Part shown: positions 1-9,039 of the stretch, one piece after another
Numbering within the stretch: the first letter of the stretch is position 1
Layout of the letters: each line of letters opens with the position of its first letter
Source: Salinispira sp.
GTDB lineage: Bacteria; Spirochaetota; Spirochaetia; DSM-27196; Salinispiraceae
Assembly: GCA_965602015.1 (NCBI GenBank)
Contig: OZ271918.1
Coordinates: 3,136,001 to 3,200,000 of the forward strand
Length of the DNA stretch: 64,000 bases
Direction: 5' to 3'
Made by a program: the position numbers and the translations under genes
Notes under the pieces: model-generated
Told to the model about the DNA's origin: nothing
The model's input: only the letters and a program-made list of their open reading frames with translations
Databases searched by the model: none

Positions 1-194
1 TCGCCGTCTGGCCCAACCTTCTTCTGGATTGGTGGGAACCCATGATTCAATTTCTCAAGGGCGGCATACCGGTTTTCGCCCTTTTTGTCGGGTTGATCGC
101 CGTATTTATCGGCATAGCCGATATAAAGGACCGGATAGAAGCGAAAAAGGAAGAGGCCGAAGAGCAAAAGGCCAATTCCCAAAAAAGCGAGTAA
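1..194 (+). CDS. Small membrane protein, 5'-truncated by the window edge (...LKGGIPVFALFVGLIAVFIGIADIKDRIEAKKEEAEEQKANSQKSE*)
   Basis: Manual translation from position 3 is open to TAA at 192-194. Hydrophobic helix followed by a charged tail. Not in the ORF track because its start lies outside the window. Confidence 0.7.
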   Translation, partial: AVWPNLLLDWWEPMIQFLKGGIPVFALFVGLIAVFIGIADIKDRIEAKKEEAEEQKANSQKSE

Positions 195-489
195 TTAGCG
201 GAAGTTTTTCCATGGTGTTTTCCCGGTTTCTGCTCCAAATCGGGAAAACACAGCTAAAAAACACAGGTTTCGGTGAACAGCTACCCCCCCCTTTCCCGGC
301 TGTCATCCGACATTCCTCACTGCAGATTCTGAGACCATTGTCTCAGCCTCGGGGAATGTATTGACATTTTAATGCCGATGTGGAAATATGCACCACTGCT
401 TCGGCACGATAAGTCCTTACACCCTAGACAATTGCGTGCAGGCTTCGTAAGGAAATGCAAAAACCTATAGGAATATAAGGCGTACAGCA

Positions 490-918
490 ATGAAGACAAT
501 ATTCAAAAAACCCGTTGATTTCGATCGAAAATGGTATGTAATCGACGCCGAAGGCGCCAATCTCGGCCGCCTGGCATCCAAGGTCTCGTACATCCTCCGA
601 GGAAAGAATAAACCCTATTTCACTCCTCACCAGGAGTGTGGTGATTTCGTAATCATCGTAAATGCCGATAAAATCACCGTTACCGGCGACAAGCTGGACA
701 GCAAGAAGTACTACCGTCACAGCGGCTACATGGGTGGACTCTCGGAGACCACCTTGCGGGATCTCCTCGACAAGAAGCCCACCGCCCCCGTCGAAAAGGC
801 CATCCGCGGCATGCTTCCCCATAACCGCCTGGGTCGTAAACTGTTCAAGAATGCAAAAGTCTATGCGGGACCGAACCACCCCCACGGCGCTCAGCAGCCG
901 GTGGCCCTGGATATCTAA
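490..918 (+). CDS. rplM: 50S ribosomal protein L13
   Basis: [45 protein letters not shown]; 142 aa. Confidence 0.99.
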   Translation: MKTIFKKPVDFDRKWYVIDAEGANLGRLASKVSYILRGKNKPYFTPHQECGDFVIIVNADKITVTGDKLDSKKYYRHSGYMGGLSETTLRDLLDKKPTAPVEKAIRGMLPHNRLGRKLFKNAKVYAGPNHPHGAQQPVALDI

Positions 919-929
919 GGAGTAACAGA

Positions 930-1325
930 ATGGATACAAAAAATCTTGCCCTGGGAACCGGGCGTCGAAAAACATCTGTAGCCCGGGTTTACCTCAGAAA
1001 AGGCTCGGGAGCTATAGTCGTAAACGGTAAGCCCGTCACCGAGTATTTCAATCGGGAAGACCTGGTATACATCGTCAATCAGCCCCTTGAGGTTACCGAC
1101 AACAAGGCGAGCTATGACGTTTTGGTCACCGTCAACGGAGGCGGAAAAACCGGTCAGGCCGGCGCCATACTACTGGGACTTTCCAGAGCCCTGTCCGCTC
1201 ACGATGAGAGCAACTACAAGACCCTCCGGGCGAACGGGTTTATGACCCGGGACGACCGAATGGTTGAGCGTAAAAAATACGGTCAGCGCGGTGCGCGCCG
1301 TCGCTTCCAGTTCTCGAAGCGCTAA
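930..1325 (+). CDS. rpsI: 30S ribosomal protein S9
   Basis: [34 protein letters not shown]...[18 protein letters not shown] upstream. Confidence 0.99.
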   Translation: MDTKNLALGTGRRKTSVARVYLRKGSGAIVVNGKPVTEYFNREDLVYIVNQPLEVTDNKASYDVLVTVNGGGKTGQAGAILLGLSRALSAHDESNYKTLRANGFMTRDDRMVERKKYGQRGARRRFQFSKR

Positions 1326-1351
1326 TTGTTTACTTGGCCCGCTTCGGGCAG

Positions 1352-1381
1352 AAAAGCCGGAACTCGTTTCCGGCTTTTTTT
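1352..1381 (+). terminator. Rho-independent terminator after rplM-rpsI
   Basis: AAAAGCCGGAA-ctcgt-TTCCGGCTTTTTTT hairpin with U-tract. Confidence 0.85.
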
Positions 1382-1408
1382 ATACCCGGTGAGCAGATCC
1401 GGAGGAAA

Positions 1409-2044
1409 ATGGAAGAGGGAATCACAGTAGACAGTCTGTCTCCATTGGAAAATCGCGAAGGCTATGAAATCGCCCTGAGCGACGGAAGCCGGTTGCGGGT
1501 CATCGCGCCGTTTTCGAGGGAACTCGAGGAATTTTTGCCGGACGTATCAATCGAAGATTGCCGGCGCCTTCATCGTCAAAGCGAATGCTACCTGCGTGGG
1601 CTTTCTCTTCTATCCCGCAGGGAACACAGCTCGATGCAGTTAACAGCAAAGCTCCTTCAGCGCGGCTTTTCTCATAATGAGATCAACCCGGTACTCCATA
1701 TACTCAAGCAGGAAGACTCCCTCAGCGACATGCGCTTTGCAGAGCAATGGATTTCACAGAGAGTGAGTACCCATCCGGAAGGTCCATATCCTCTTATTGC
1801 TGGACTTCGAAGGCGGGGAATTGATGCTAAACTTGCTTCCTCGGTGGTAAATAGTTATTTTGACGAAGAAAATCGATTGAAGCAGGTTTGCCTGACATAT
1901 CTGCTTAAATTGAATAGGAATAATACCCCTATCGATGAATTAGTAAAAAAGGCGAAAAAACGAGGTTTTGCAAATAATATTCTTGAAGCCTGCATTGCTG
2001 AGTTTTATACTTATACAGGTATAGAGTACTCTGTTGAGAAATAG
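1409..2044 (+). CDS. recX: Regulatory protein RecX
   Basis: LLSRREHS..QL..KL..RGF, LSD.RFAE, GP..L...LRRRGI, C-terminal RGF. ATG 1409 follows GGAGG (1401-1405). Confidence 0.9.
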   Translation: MEEGITVDSLSPLENREGYEIALSDGSRLRVIAPFSRELEEFLPDVSIEDCRRLHRQSECYLRGLSLLSRREHSSMQLTAKLLQRGFSHNEINPVLHILKQEDSLSDMRFAEQWISQRVSTHPEGPYPLIAGLRRRGIDAKLASSVVNSYFDEENRLKQVCLTYLLKLNRNNTPIDELVKKAKKRGFANNILEACIAEFYTYTGIEYSVEK

Positions 2045-2045
2045 C

Positions 2046-2074
2046 TTGACATATTAGATATATTTTTTTATGCT
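2046..2074 (+). promoter_or_regulatory. Sigma70-type promoter for the HTH-REC regulator
   Basis: TTGACA (2046-2051), 17 bp, TATGCT (2069-2074). Confidence 0.7.
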
Positions 2075-2118
2075 ATTCAGAGTCAAGTCTAAAAAATCAA
2101 ATTTTGTTGAGGTGTGGT

Positions 2119-2727
2119 ATGGCGCGTACTGATAAGAAAATACGTATATTCTCTGCCCTGGAAGTTGCGAACATTTGCGGGGTTGTTAACCAAACGGCGA
2201 TTAACTGGATTAAAAACGGCTATCTCAAGGCTTTTACGACTCCCGGCGGTCAGTATCGAGTGTATGCCGAGGACCTCATCGATTTCCTCAGCAGCCGGGG
2301 CATGAGGCTTCCCGTCGAATTACAGAAAATGATGGAAGAAATACAGAGCCTCAGGACAATCCTCATCGTCGATGACGATCAGGCACTCAATGACAGCCTA
2401 AAGAAGGGACTCGAAATGATGAATCCCGACCTCACCATCCTTCAGGCTACCGACGGTTTTGAAGCGGGACGGGTGAGCGTTGAGAGCAAACCGAATCTTA
2501 TTATTCTGGACATTGATCTTCCGGGCGTCGACGGATTCAAGCTGTGCAAAACCTTCAAAGCTGATGAGAAGCTCATGAATCCCCTTATTATCGCCATTAG
2601 CGGTATGGGCAAGGACGATACCGAATCAAAGGTTGTGGATGCCGGAGCAGACGCCTTTATGCCCAAGCCGATCAACTTCGATGAGCTTGCAGAAAAAATC
2701 CGCGAACTGCAGGATGATCGCGATTAA
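2119..2727 (+). CDS. Response regulator with N-terminal excisionase/MerR-like HTH (HTH_17) and C-terminal receiver domain
   Basis: FSALEVANICGV..TAINWI..G.LKA..TPGGQYRV; receiver ILIVDDD, LDIDLPGVDG, KP. ATG 2119 after GAGGTG. Confidence 0.9.
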   Translation: MARTDKKIRIFSALEVANICGVVNQTAINWIKNGYLKAFTTPGGQYRVYAEDLIDFLSSRGMRLPVELQKMMEEIQSLRTILIVDDDQALNDSLKKGLEMMNPDLTILQATDGFEAGRVSVESKPNLIILDIDLPGVDGFKLCKTFKADEKLMNPLIIAISGMGKDDTESKVVDAGADAFMPKPINFDELAEKIRELQDDRD

Positions 2728-2741
2728 AGCACCTCCAGCAT

Positions 2742-2773
2742 AAAAAACCGGCTCTATCGAGTCGGTTTTTTTT
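2742..2773. terminator. Bidirectional intrinsic terminator between convergent genes
   Basis: AAAAAACCGGCTC-tatc-GAGTCGGTTTTTTTT. Confidence 0.85.
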
Positions 2774-2788
2774 GGTCTTCAGAATGAC

Positions 2789-3226
2789 TTAATAGGATTT
2801 GCTGTCGAAACTCCGCAAAGATCCAAGCCCAAAAATAAAAAACAGGAATGCCGTTCCCAGAAACACCAGCGATCGCCCCCAAATACCGAGAAAGCTATCT
2901 ATGAGCACAGTGTCGGGACCGACGATGAGAATATCAATGGTCTGGCCGACAACATAGCGTTCAGGTGAAACGGGCCGGGGTGAAACGAACTGCCGAGCCA
3001 CCCCATCCGCATCGGAAAAACCGATTATGGGGTAATTCTGTATTCCGCTGTCCTGTTCGGTGTAGGGAATAGCATTTTGCACCGAATCGAAGTCCAGAAG
3101 CCTGCCTTGGGTACGGACCGCTGAGGACAGTTGGACCACGCTTATGACCGCAAAAACTATTGCCGTTGCCAGCAGAAGTCCGGCAATACTCCAGAATATT
3201 CTTGCAAATGCTTTTGACAAACTCAT
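2789..3226 (-). CDS. Membrane protein, DUF3592-like
   Basis: N- and C-terminal TM helices around a YP.I.F...DG...Y.VGQ.I.I beta-rich domain. Confidence 0.6.
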   Translation of the reverse strand: MSLSKAFARIFWSIAGLLLATAIVFAVISVVQLSSAVRTQGRLLDFDSVQNAIPYTEQDSGIQNYPIIGFSDADGVARQFVSPRPVSPERYVVGQTIDILIVGPDTVLIDSFLGIWGRSLVFLGTAFLFFIFGLGSLRSFDSKSY

Positions 3227-3235
3227 ATTACTCCT

Positions 3236-4537
3236 TTAGAAGCCAAAACGCTCCATGTGAATACTTTTTTTTGGTATTCCCATGCGCCGCAGCTGCGGAA
3301 GAAGCTTGTCCATCATTACGGGCGGACCGCATACGAAGCATTCCTGGTCTTCCGTTTTCACAATGTACTCAGAAATGCAGTCTGCGTCGATAAATCCCTC
3401 CCTTTGCTCGCCGAACGGCGGAGAGTCCGGCGCTTCAGCGCTGAATACATGGACTATTCTCAGATTTTTCATTGTTTCCTGAATTTCCCCCAACTCGTCA
3501 TTGAGAAAAAGGTCATCAACGGTGCGGTTGCCCCACAACAAGATGACATTGCGGTCGGGATCGTCGGTTTTCATAATGCGCAGCATACTGAGCATGGGCG
3601 TAATGCCGACTCCTCCGGCAATGAACAGCAGATCTCGCGCTCTGCCGCTATGCAAGTAGGAAAAACGGCCGAAGGGCCCCTCAATAAACGCTTCGGTACC
3701 CGGAGGAAGCGCGGGAATCTCGGAAGTATAATCCCCGGAGGCCTTTATGGTGAATACGAGGTCTTTCTGAAGAGGCGATGAGCTGATAGTGAACGGGTGC
3801 GCCGGTAGGGCTTTTCCGTCCCGGGTGAGGGTAAGGTATGCGAACTGACCCGGATGATGATCGAGGGGGGGACCGGCGAATGAGAACTGATGGACATTGT
3901 AATTCAGTTTATCCACGGCGCTTAGCATATAGGGATGTCGCCTGGCGCGCATCCACAGGAAAAATCTCCAGCCCCAGGAAATCATCACCAGCCCAAACAT
4001 CGCAATAAACTGAATATAGACGATGCGGCTGGACCGGATGGTTCCGCCGAGGAACATTGCGTGAAGAAACAACGGCGGGTAAATCACATAACTTATGCGG
4101 TGCCAGGTCTTCCAGCGGTCATAGGGTATTCCGAGGGCAAGGCGGAAGGCTGCGCTGATTCCCAGCAGCAGTAAAATCACAAAACCGACAATGCCGTTGA
4201 TTATCGGCAAATCCTGAGGAACAGCAAAAAAGAGTCCCCCGTCCAAACTGATCCGCTCGATAAGATAGAGCGGTCCGTGGGCTGCCAGAATGAGGACGGA
4301 AGCGATTCCCGCAGTTCTGTGCGCCAGAATGAGCTTATCCTGCCCGAAACTTTTTTCCAGCAGGGGAATGCGGGAGGAAAGCATGAACTGGATACTCATA
4401 AGGGTAAACCCGATCAGCCCCGCCAGGCGGACAATCATTCGTATATCAAAAAAAGGATTTCTGACGATCCGTGCCACGGGCGGCAAGAGGAGAAGGACCA
4501 AAAAAAACAGGACTATTGCGGCTTTTTTCATTATCAC
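3236..4537 (-). CDS. Ferric reductase-like transmembrane flavocytochrome (bacterial NOX/FRD family)
   Basis: About 6 TM helices with paired His (HRTAG..AAH; WHRISY..FLH), PGQF, HPFTISS, GPFGRF, IAGGVGITPM, CGPP.M, terminal ERF. Confidence 0.9.
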   Translation of the reverse strand: MIMKKAAIVLFFLVLLLLPPVARIVRNPFFDIRMIVRLAGLIGFTLMSIQFMLSSRIPLLEKSFGQDKLILAHRTAGIASVLILAAHGPLYLIERISLDGGLFFAVPQDLPIINGIVGFVILLLLGISAAFRLALGIPYDRWKTWHRISYVIYPPLFLHAMFLGGTIRSSRIVYIQFIAMFGLVMISWGWRFFLWMRARRHPYMLSAVDKLNYNVHQFSFAGPPLDHHPGQFAYLTLTRDGKALPAHPFTISSSPLQKDLVFTIKASGDYTSEIPALPPGTEAFIEGPFGRFSYLHSGRARDLLFIAGGVGITPMLSMLRIMKTDDPDRNVILLWGNRTVDDLFLNDELGEIQETMKNLRIVHVFSAEAPDSPPFGEQREGFIDADCISEYIVKTEDQECFVCGPPVMMDKLLPQLRRMGIPKKSIHMERFGF

Positions 4538-4644
4538 GCTCCGAAGATGAAGTCTTTTTTATATAGTAACAGTTCTTTCCGTCCGGCGCAGGGAAAAATT
4601 ACCCCTTCCCCGGGATATATCAGCAGCTCATCCCCTGATAAACG

Positions 4645-5889
4645 TTACCCTTGGAATTTTCGCAGAATCAATATGGAGTTGTGACCGCCGAATCCCAGAC
4701 TGTTCGACATGACGTACTCGAGATTCGCCGGACAACCGACATTGGGCGTGTAATCCAGATCGCAGTCCGGGTCTGGGGTTTCGTAGTTAATCGTCGGGGG
4801 CACAAACTGGTCCTCCAGGGCCTTGGCGCATACTATCGCTTCGAGGGCCCCCGCAGCCCCGATGCAGTGCCCGGTCATCGATTTCGTCGAGGACACCTTC
4901 AGCGAGTAGGCGTGGTCTCCAAAGACCTTTTTTATCGCCAGGGTCTCGGTTGGATCGTTAATGGGTGTGGAAGTCCCGTGGGCATTTATATAGTCGATAT
5001 GCTGCGGTGAAATGCCGGCCTGGGCGAGGGCTTGATTGATGGCCTGGACGGCTCCCCGGCCCTCGGGATGCGGCGCGGTGAGGTGATTGGCGTCGGTAGA
5101 TGCGCCGTTGCCAACTACCTCGGCGATAATCCGCGCACCCCGGGCTTTTGCATGATCCAGGTCCTCCAGAATGAGAATTCCCGCCCCTTCGCCGAGCACA
5201 AAGCCATCTCTGTCCTTATCGAATGGACGGCTTGCTTTCTGAGGCTGGTCGTTAAAGGCAGTGCTCAAGGCATGGATGGCGTTGAACGACGCTATGCCGA
5301 GGGGGGTGACGATTGCCTCCACGCCCCCGGAAATCGCCACGTCGGTAGTTCCCTGCTGGATAAGCCGCATACTGTGACCAATTGCATCGGTTCCCGACGC
5401 GCAGGCCGTCGCGAGGGAGTAGGCCGGCCCCCTTGCATCGAGGTAGATGGCAATGTTGCCCGGGCCGATATTTGAAATAAGCTTGGGTATGGTCATGGGG
5501 TGAACACGCCGGGGACCGCGGGTGGTGATATCGTGGAACGATTGCTCCAGGGTTTTGAAGCCGCCAATGCCCACGCCGAGAATACAGCTCACCCGCTCCG
5601 GATCGACATCACCCTTGGATATGCCGGCCTGCTTCCAGGCCTCATAGGCGGAAACCACGGCATATTGGGAAAATAAATCCATTTTTTTCGCTTCCCGGGG
5701 ATCCAGGTACTTTTTTACATCGAAGTCCTTGATCTCCGCAGCGATTTTGGTCGCGTGCTCAGAGGCATCAAACTGAGTTATAGGTCCGATCCCGCTTTGG
5801 CCGCTTCGAATACCGTCCCAAAAATCACCGACATTGTGTCCAAGGGGATTCACCGTACCCATGCCGGTAATAACCACGCGCTTTGCCAT
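4645..5889 (-). CDS. fabF: 3-oxoacyl-ACP synthase II
   Basis: RVVITGMG, TACASG catalytic Cys, NAHGTST, KSMTGH, NSLGFGGHN. ATG 5889 after GGAGG. Confidence 0.97.
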   Translation of the reverse strand: MAKRVVITGMGTVNPLGHNVGDFWDGIRSGQSGIGPITQFDASEHATKIAAEIKDFDVKKYLDPREAKKMDLFSQYAVVSAYEAWKQAGISKGDVDPERVSCILGVGIGGFKTLEQSFHDITTRGPRRVHPMTIPKLISNIGPGNIAIYLDARGPAYSLATACASGTDAIGHSMRLIQQGTTDVAISGGVEAIVTPLGIASFNAIHALSTAFNDQPQKASRPFDKDRDGFVLGEGAGILILEDLDHAKARGARIIAEVVGNGASTDANHLTAPHPEGRGAVQAINQALAQAGISPQHIDYINAHGTSTPINDPTETLAIKKVFGDHAYSLKVSSTKSMTGHCIGAAGALEAIVCAKALEDQFVPPTINYETPDPDCDLDYTPNVGCPANLEYVMSNSLGFGGHNSILILRKFQG

Positions 5890-5944
5890 GTCTTCCTCCA
5901 TGATGAATGCCGCCCCGCGATTGATAACCCGTGGGCGCCAGAGC

Positions 5945-6688
5945 TTACATGCCCAGTCCGCCGGTAATCTTAAGCACTTCTCCGGTTACATAGGAGGAAA
6001 GGTCTGAAGCAAGGAATACAATCACCTTCGCCACTTCGGAGGGATCACCCAGCCGGCCCATGGGAATTTGGTCGTATAACGCCTTCTTTTGGTCCTCATT
6101 AAGCTTGTCGGTCATGGGCGTCACGATGAATCCCGGTGCGACAGCATTGACCCTGACATTCCGGCTCGCGACTTCACGAGCCATGCTTTTTGTCATACCG
6201 ATCAGCCCCGCCTTGCTGGCCGAGTAGTTGGTCTGTCCGCCGTTGCCGATAATCCCGACGATGGAAGCGACGTTTATGATCGAGCCGCCCTTTTGCTTTG
6301 CCATCTGCCGGTAAAGGGCCCGGGAGACATAAAACGCGCTGGAGAGGTTCACATCCATAACAGCTTTCCAGTCCTCGGTTTTCATGCGCATCATGAGAGT
6401 GTCACGGGTGATTCCCGCGTTGTTCACACAGACATCAACACTGCCGGCTTCGGCAATGACTTCGTTCACCACCTCGTTGACCCGGTCCTCGTTGGCGACA
6501 TTGCATTCCTTGAAGCTGGCGCTTGCCCCGTTCTTCTTCGCAAGTTCCTGATATTCCGAAAGAAACTCGCCCTCAGCCAGATCAAGATACCAAACCGAGG
6601 CGCCCTGAGCGAGAAAGGCCAGGACGATTTCCCTGCCGATTCCCCTGGATCCTCCGGTTACTATTGCGTTTTTTCCTTGTAAGAGCAT
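5945..6688 (-). CDS. fabG: 3-oxoacyl-ACP reductase
   Basis: TGGSRGIG, NNAGITRD, YSASKAG, VAPGFI; adjacent to fabF. Confidence 0.95.
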   Translation of the reverse strand: MLLQGKNAIVTGGSRGIGREIVLAFLAQGASVWYLDLAEGEFLSEYQELAKKNGASASFKECNVANEDRVNEVVNEVIAEAGSVDVCVNNAGITRDTLMMRMKTEDWKAVMDVNLSSAFYVSRALYRQMAKQKGGSIINVASIVGIIGNGGQTNYSASKAGLIGMTKSMAREVASRNVRVNAVAPGFIVTPMTDKLNEDQKKALYDQIPMGRLGDPSEVAKVIVFLASDLSSYVTGEVLKITGGLGM

Positions 6689-6850
6689 AAAACCCCCTTA
6701 TTCCTAATTATATGGATTGATAGTGCGGCGATGCGTCGCCGAATCTACAGGTTACCGATTTCCATTCAAAAATGGAAGAGGATAACCGAATACAATTCAA
6801 AAATAAGCACTGCTATGGTAAAAGCCGGTTAGGACAGGTATTATGGGCAC

Positions 6851-8092
6851 ATGAACGAACGCCTGACCGCCATAGTGCTTATCGTCCTTGCTCTCGCGGT
6901 AGTCTTTATCATGTTTAATCCGTTCGGATGGTTCGAACCCCCGGAACAGCCGCTTATTGAAGTAGACGCTGGGCAAGCTGAGCTGCTCCGCACCGAAATG
7001 GAAGCTCTGCCGGAATTAAGCCCTCAGGAGGCGTTCTCTGCACTGTTTTCCCGGTTTCCGGTGGTCATTGCCGGCGAGCTGGAAGGTGTCGGGCAGGAAG
7101 TCCGATACATCCGCGAACTGCTTCCCTCCCTGCCGTCCATGGGCGTTCGCATCCTGGCCATGGAGCATATCCTCGAAGCGGACCAGAACGAGCTTGACCG
7201 TCTGCTCTCCGCGGAAACCTTCGACGAATACCTGGCGCAGGAACTTCTTTTTCGGCGGCAGGTAACCTGGGGGTACCAGGAATACGTGGATATCCTCAAA
7301 ACCGCCTGGCAAATCAATATGGGTCCCGACGGCCCGTTCCGGGTCCTTGGTCTAAACGTCCTGCAGGACTATCGGCATATCCAATCGGTGGAAGACTTCC
7401 GGGATCCCGTGAAGCTTCGCCAGATAATGGCGAACGGCGTTCCCGACGCGCATATGGCCGGAGTAATATCCCGGGAAATCCTGGCTAACGGCTCACAGGC
7501 TCTTATTCTGGTGGGCCGCGAACAGAGTTTTACCAACTTCCTTCTAAAGACCCACTCGGAAGAGATGAATGCCATAGGAATGGCAGAGCAACGTCAAATG
7601 GGTAAAATCCTATCGGACGCCCATGGAGAGCGTTTCGCCACCGTGCTGTTTCACAGCCCCTGGCCCACCACCCTGACCAACTCTCGGGCTCAGTTTCCGG
7701 TGAACGGACTGATAGACCGGGTACTTGACGACTGGGAAGGTGATGGATCGCCCCGACCTTACCCGCTGCACATTCCCGTCGAGATGCTTGAAGAATCAAG
7801 CGGCATCCCCATCCGTTTTACCAATTACGCCATCGGCTATAATAATGAACGGGAAAATAATGAGACTCTGGTCTTTGAGGATATGGCGGATTTATATGTA
7901 ATCCTTGGGCGCATTCCCGATTTGGACGGACTGACTCCGATCGAAAATTTTATCGATTCAGCAAGGGAGGCCAGGGCGGTAGAGAATTTTCCCGGCTCCC
8001 GCTATCAGGACGCTGACGCGGATGATGTGAATGATTTCATCCGCCGCTATGCGGAAGACCGGAAGGCGCTGCTCAATGGTTTCGCAGACTGA
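6851..8092 (+). CDS. Membrane-anchored exported protein, probable ChaN/erythromycin-esterase-like fold
   Basis: N-terminal TM; VVIAGE, LAME...DQ..LD..L, D..MA, ALILVG segments resemble the EreA/ChaN-like pattern (inference). Confidence 0.5.
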   Translation: MNERLTAIVLIVLALAVVFIMFNPFGWFEPPEQPLIEVDAGQAELLRTEMEALPELSPQEAFSALFSRFPVVIAGELEGVGQEVRYIRELLPSLPSMGVRILAMEHILEADQNELDRLLSAETFDEYLAQELLFRRQVTWGYQEYVDILKTAWQINMGPDGPFRVLGLNVLQDYRHIQSVEDFRDPVKLRQIMANGVPDAHMAGVISREILANGSQALILVGREQSFTNFLLKTHSEEMNAIGMAEQRQMGKILSDAHGERFATVLFHSPWPTTLTNSRAQFPVNGLIDRVLDDWEGDGSPRPYPLHIPVEMLEESSGIPIRFTNYAIGYNNERENNETLVFEDMADLYVILGRIPDLDGLTPIENFIDSAREARAVENFPGSRYQDADADDVNDFIRRYAEDRKALLNGFAD

Positions 8093-9026
8093 ATCCGCCC
8101 GCAACAGGCTGATAGTAAACGCGTCCTGGGTCGGCATCGGTCTTAATGCGGCTCTGGCGGTAATTAAGCTGCTGGTCGGCATTGCCGACGGGAGCTTTGC
8201 GGTAATTTCCGACGGCGTGGATTCAGGGGTGGATATTCTTACCTCGGTTATCACTCTCGCCGCTGCCGGCCTCATGATGAGGCCGCCGGATGCCCGCTTT
8301 CCATACGGATATAGCAGGGTCGACCCTTTGGCTACAAAGGTTCTGAGCTTTGTGATTTTCTTTTCCGGGGTTCAGCTCATCACCGTCGCCGGTAAAAACC
8401 TGATTTTCCATCTGAGCGGTCCGGGGGCCCTAAATCCCCATGATCTCCCCGGCGCGCCGGCGATGATAGTCACGGGCATTTCGATTTTAGTAAAAAGCCT
8501 GCTAGCATGGTACAAAATCGGTCTGGGTAAGAAAATCAGCAGTTCGATGCTGGTGGCGGACGGTCAGAACATGAGGCTTGATATAATCACCTCAGTCGTC
8601 GTAATGTTCTCCCTGATTATCGGGAGGGTTACCGGCCTGACCATAATCGACGCCATAACGGGTATTTTGGTCAGTATATGGATAATCCGCATAGCCGTCT
8701 CCATCTTCCTCGAAACGAACATCGAGCTGATGGACGGCATGAAAGACACCGATGTCTACGGTCGGATTCTTGCGGCGGTTGATCCGATCCGGGAGGCTCA
8801 CAACCCTCATCGGATACGGGTGCGCAAACTGGGGCATCTGCTGCTTATTGTCATGGACATAGAAGTCCCGCCGGACATGAGCATAGCTGAAGCGCACATA
8901 ATCAGTCTGGAAGTCGAGGAAAGGATCCGTTCCCGGGTCGACAACGTGTACGACATCATCATCCATATCGATCCCCTGGGACTGGAAGAAGAAGAGAAAT
9001 ACGGCGTTTCTCGGGATACTTTGTAA
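8076..9026 (+). CDS. Cation diffusion facilitator family transporter (FieF-like)
   Basis: S.AVISDGVDS..D, PPD..FPYGY.R, D...MRLDI, C-terminal dimerisation domain (S..EAH...EE, IIHIDP). Confidence 0.92.
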   Translation: MVSQTESARNRLIVNASWVGIGLNAALAVIKLLVGIADGSFAVISDGVDSGVDILTSVITLAAAGLMMRPPDARFPYGYSRVDPLATKVLSFVIFFSGVQLITVAGKNLIFHLSGPGALNPHDLPGAPAMIVTGISILVKSLLAWYKIGLGKKISSSMLVADGQNMRLDIITSVVVMFSLIIGRVTGLTIIDAITGILVSIWIIRIAVSIFLETNIELMDGMKDTDVYGRILAAVDPIREAHNPHRIRVRKLGHLLLIVMDIEVPPDMSIAEAHIISLEVEERIRSRVDNVYDIIIHIDPLGLEEEEKYGVSRDTL

Positions 9027-9039
9027 TCAGGAGCAGTAA

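Noticed and set aside
216..251. Long hairpin GTGTTTTCCCGGTTT/AAATCGGGAAAACAC as a novel RNA
   Set aside because: Most simply a 3' terminator or stability hairpin of the upstream gene; nothing else supports it
29..364. 111-aa plus-strand ORF at the window start
   Set aside because: An alternative frame over the truncated membrane-protein gene (1-194) and intergenic DNA; not protein-like
1334..1408. Longer TTG-start version of recX
   Set aside because: It runs through the rpsI terminator; ATG 1409 has a GGAGG SD
1800..2110. AT-rich stretch as horizontally acquired DNA
   Set aside because: Limited to the recX 3' end and a promoter region, with no mobility genes or boundaries
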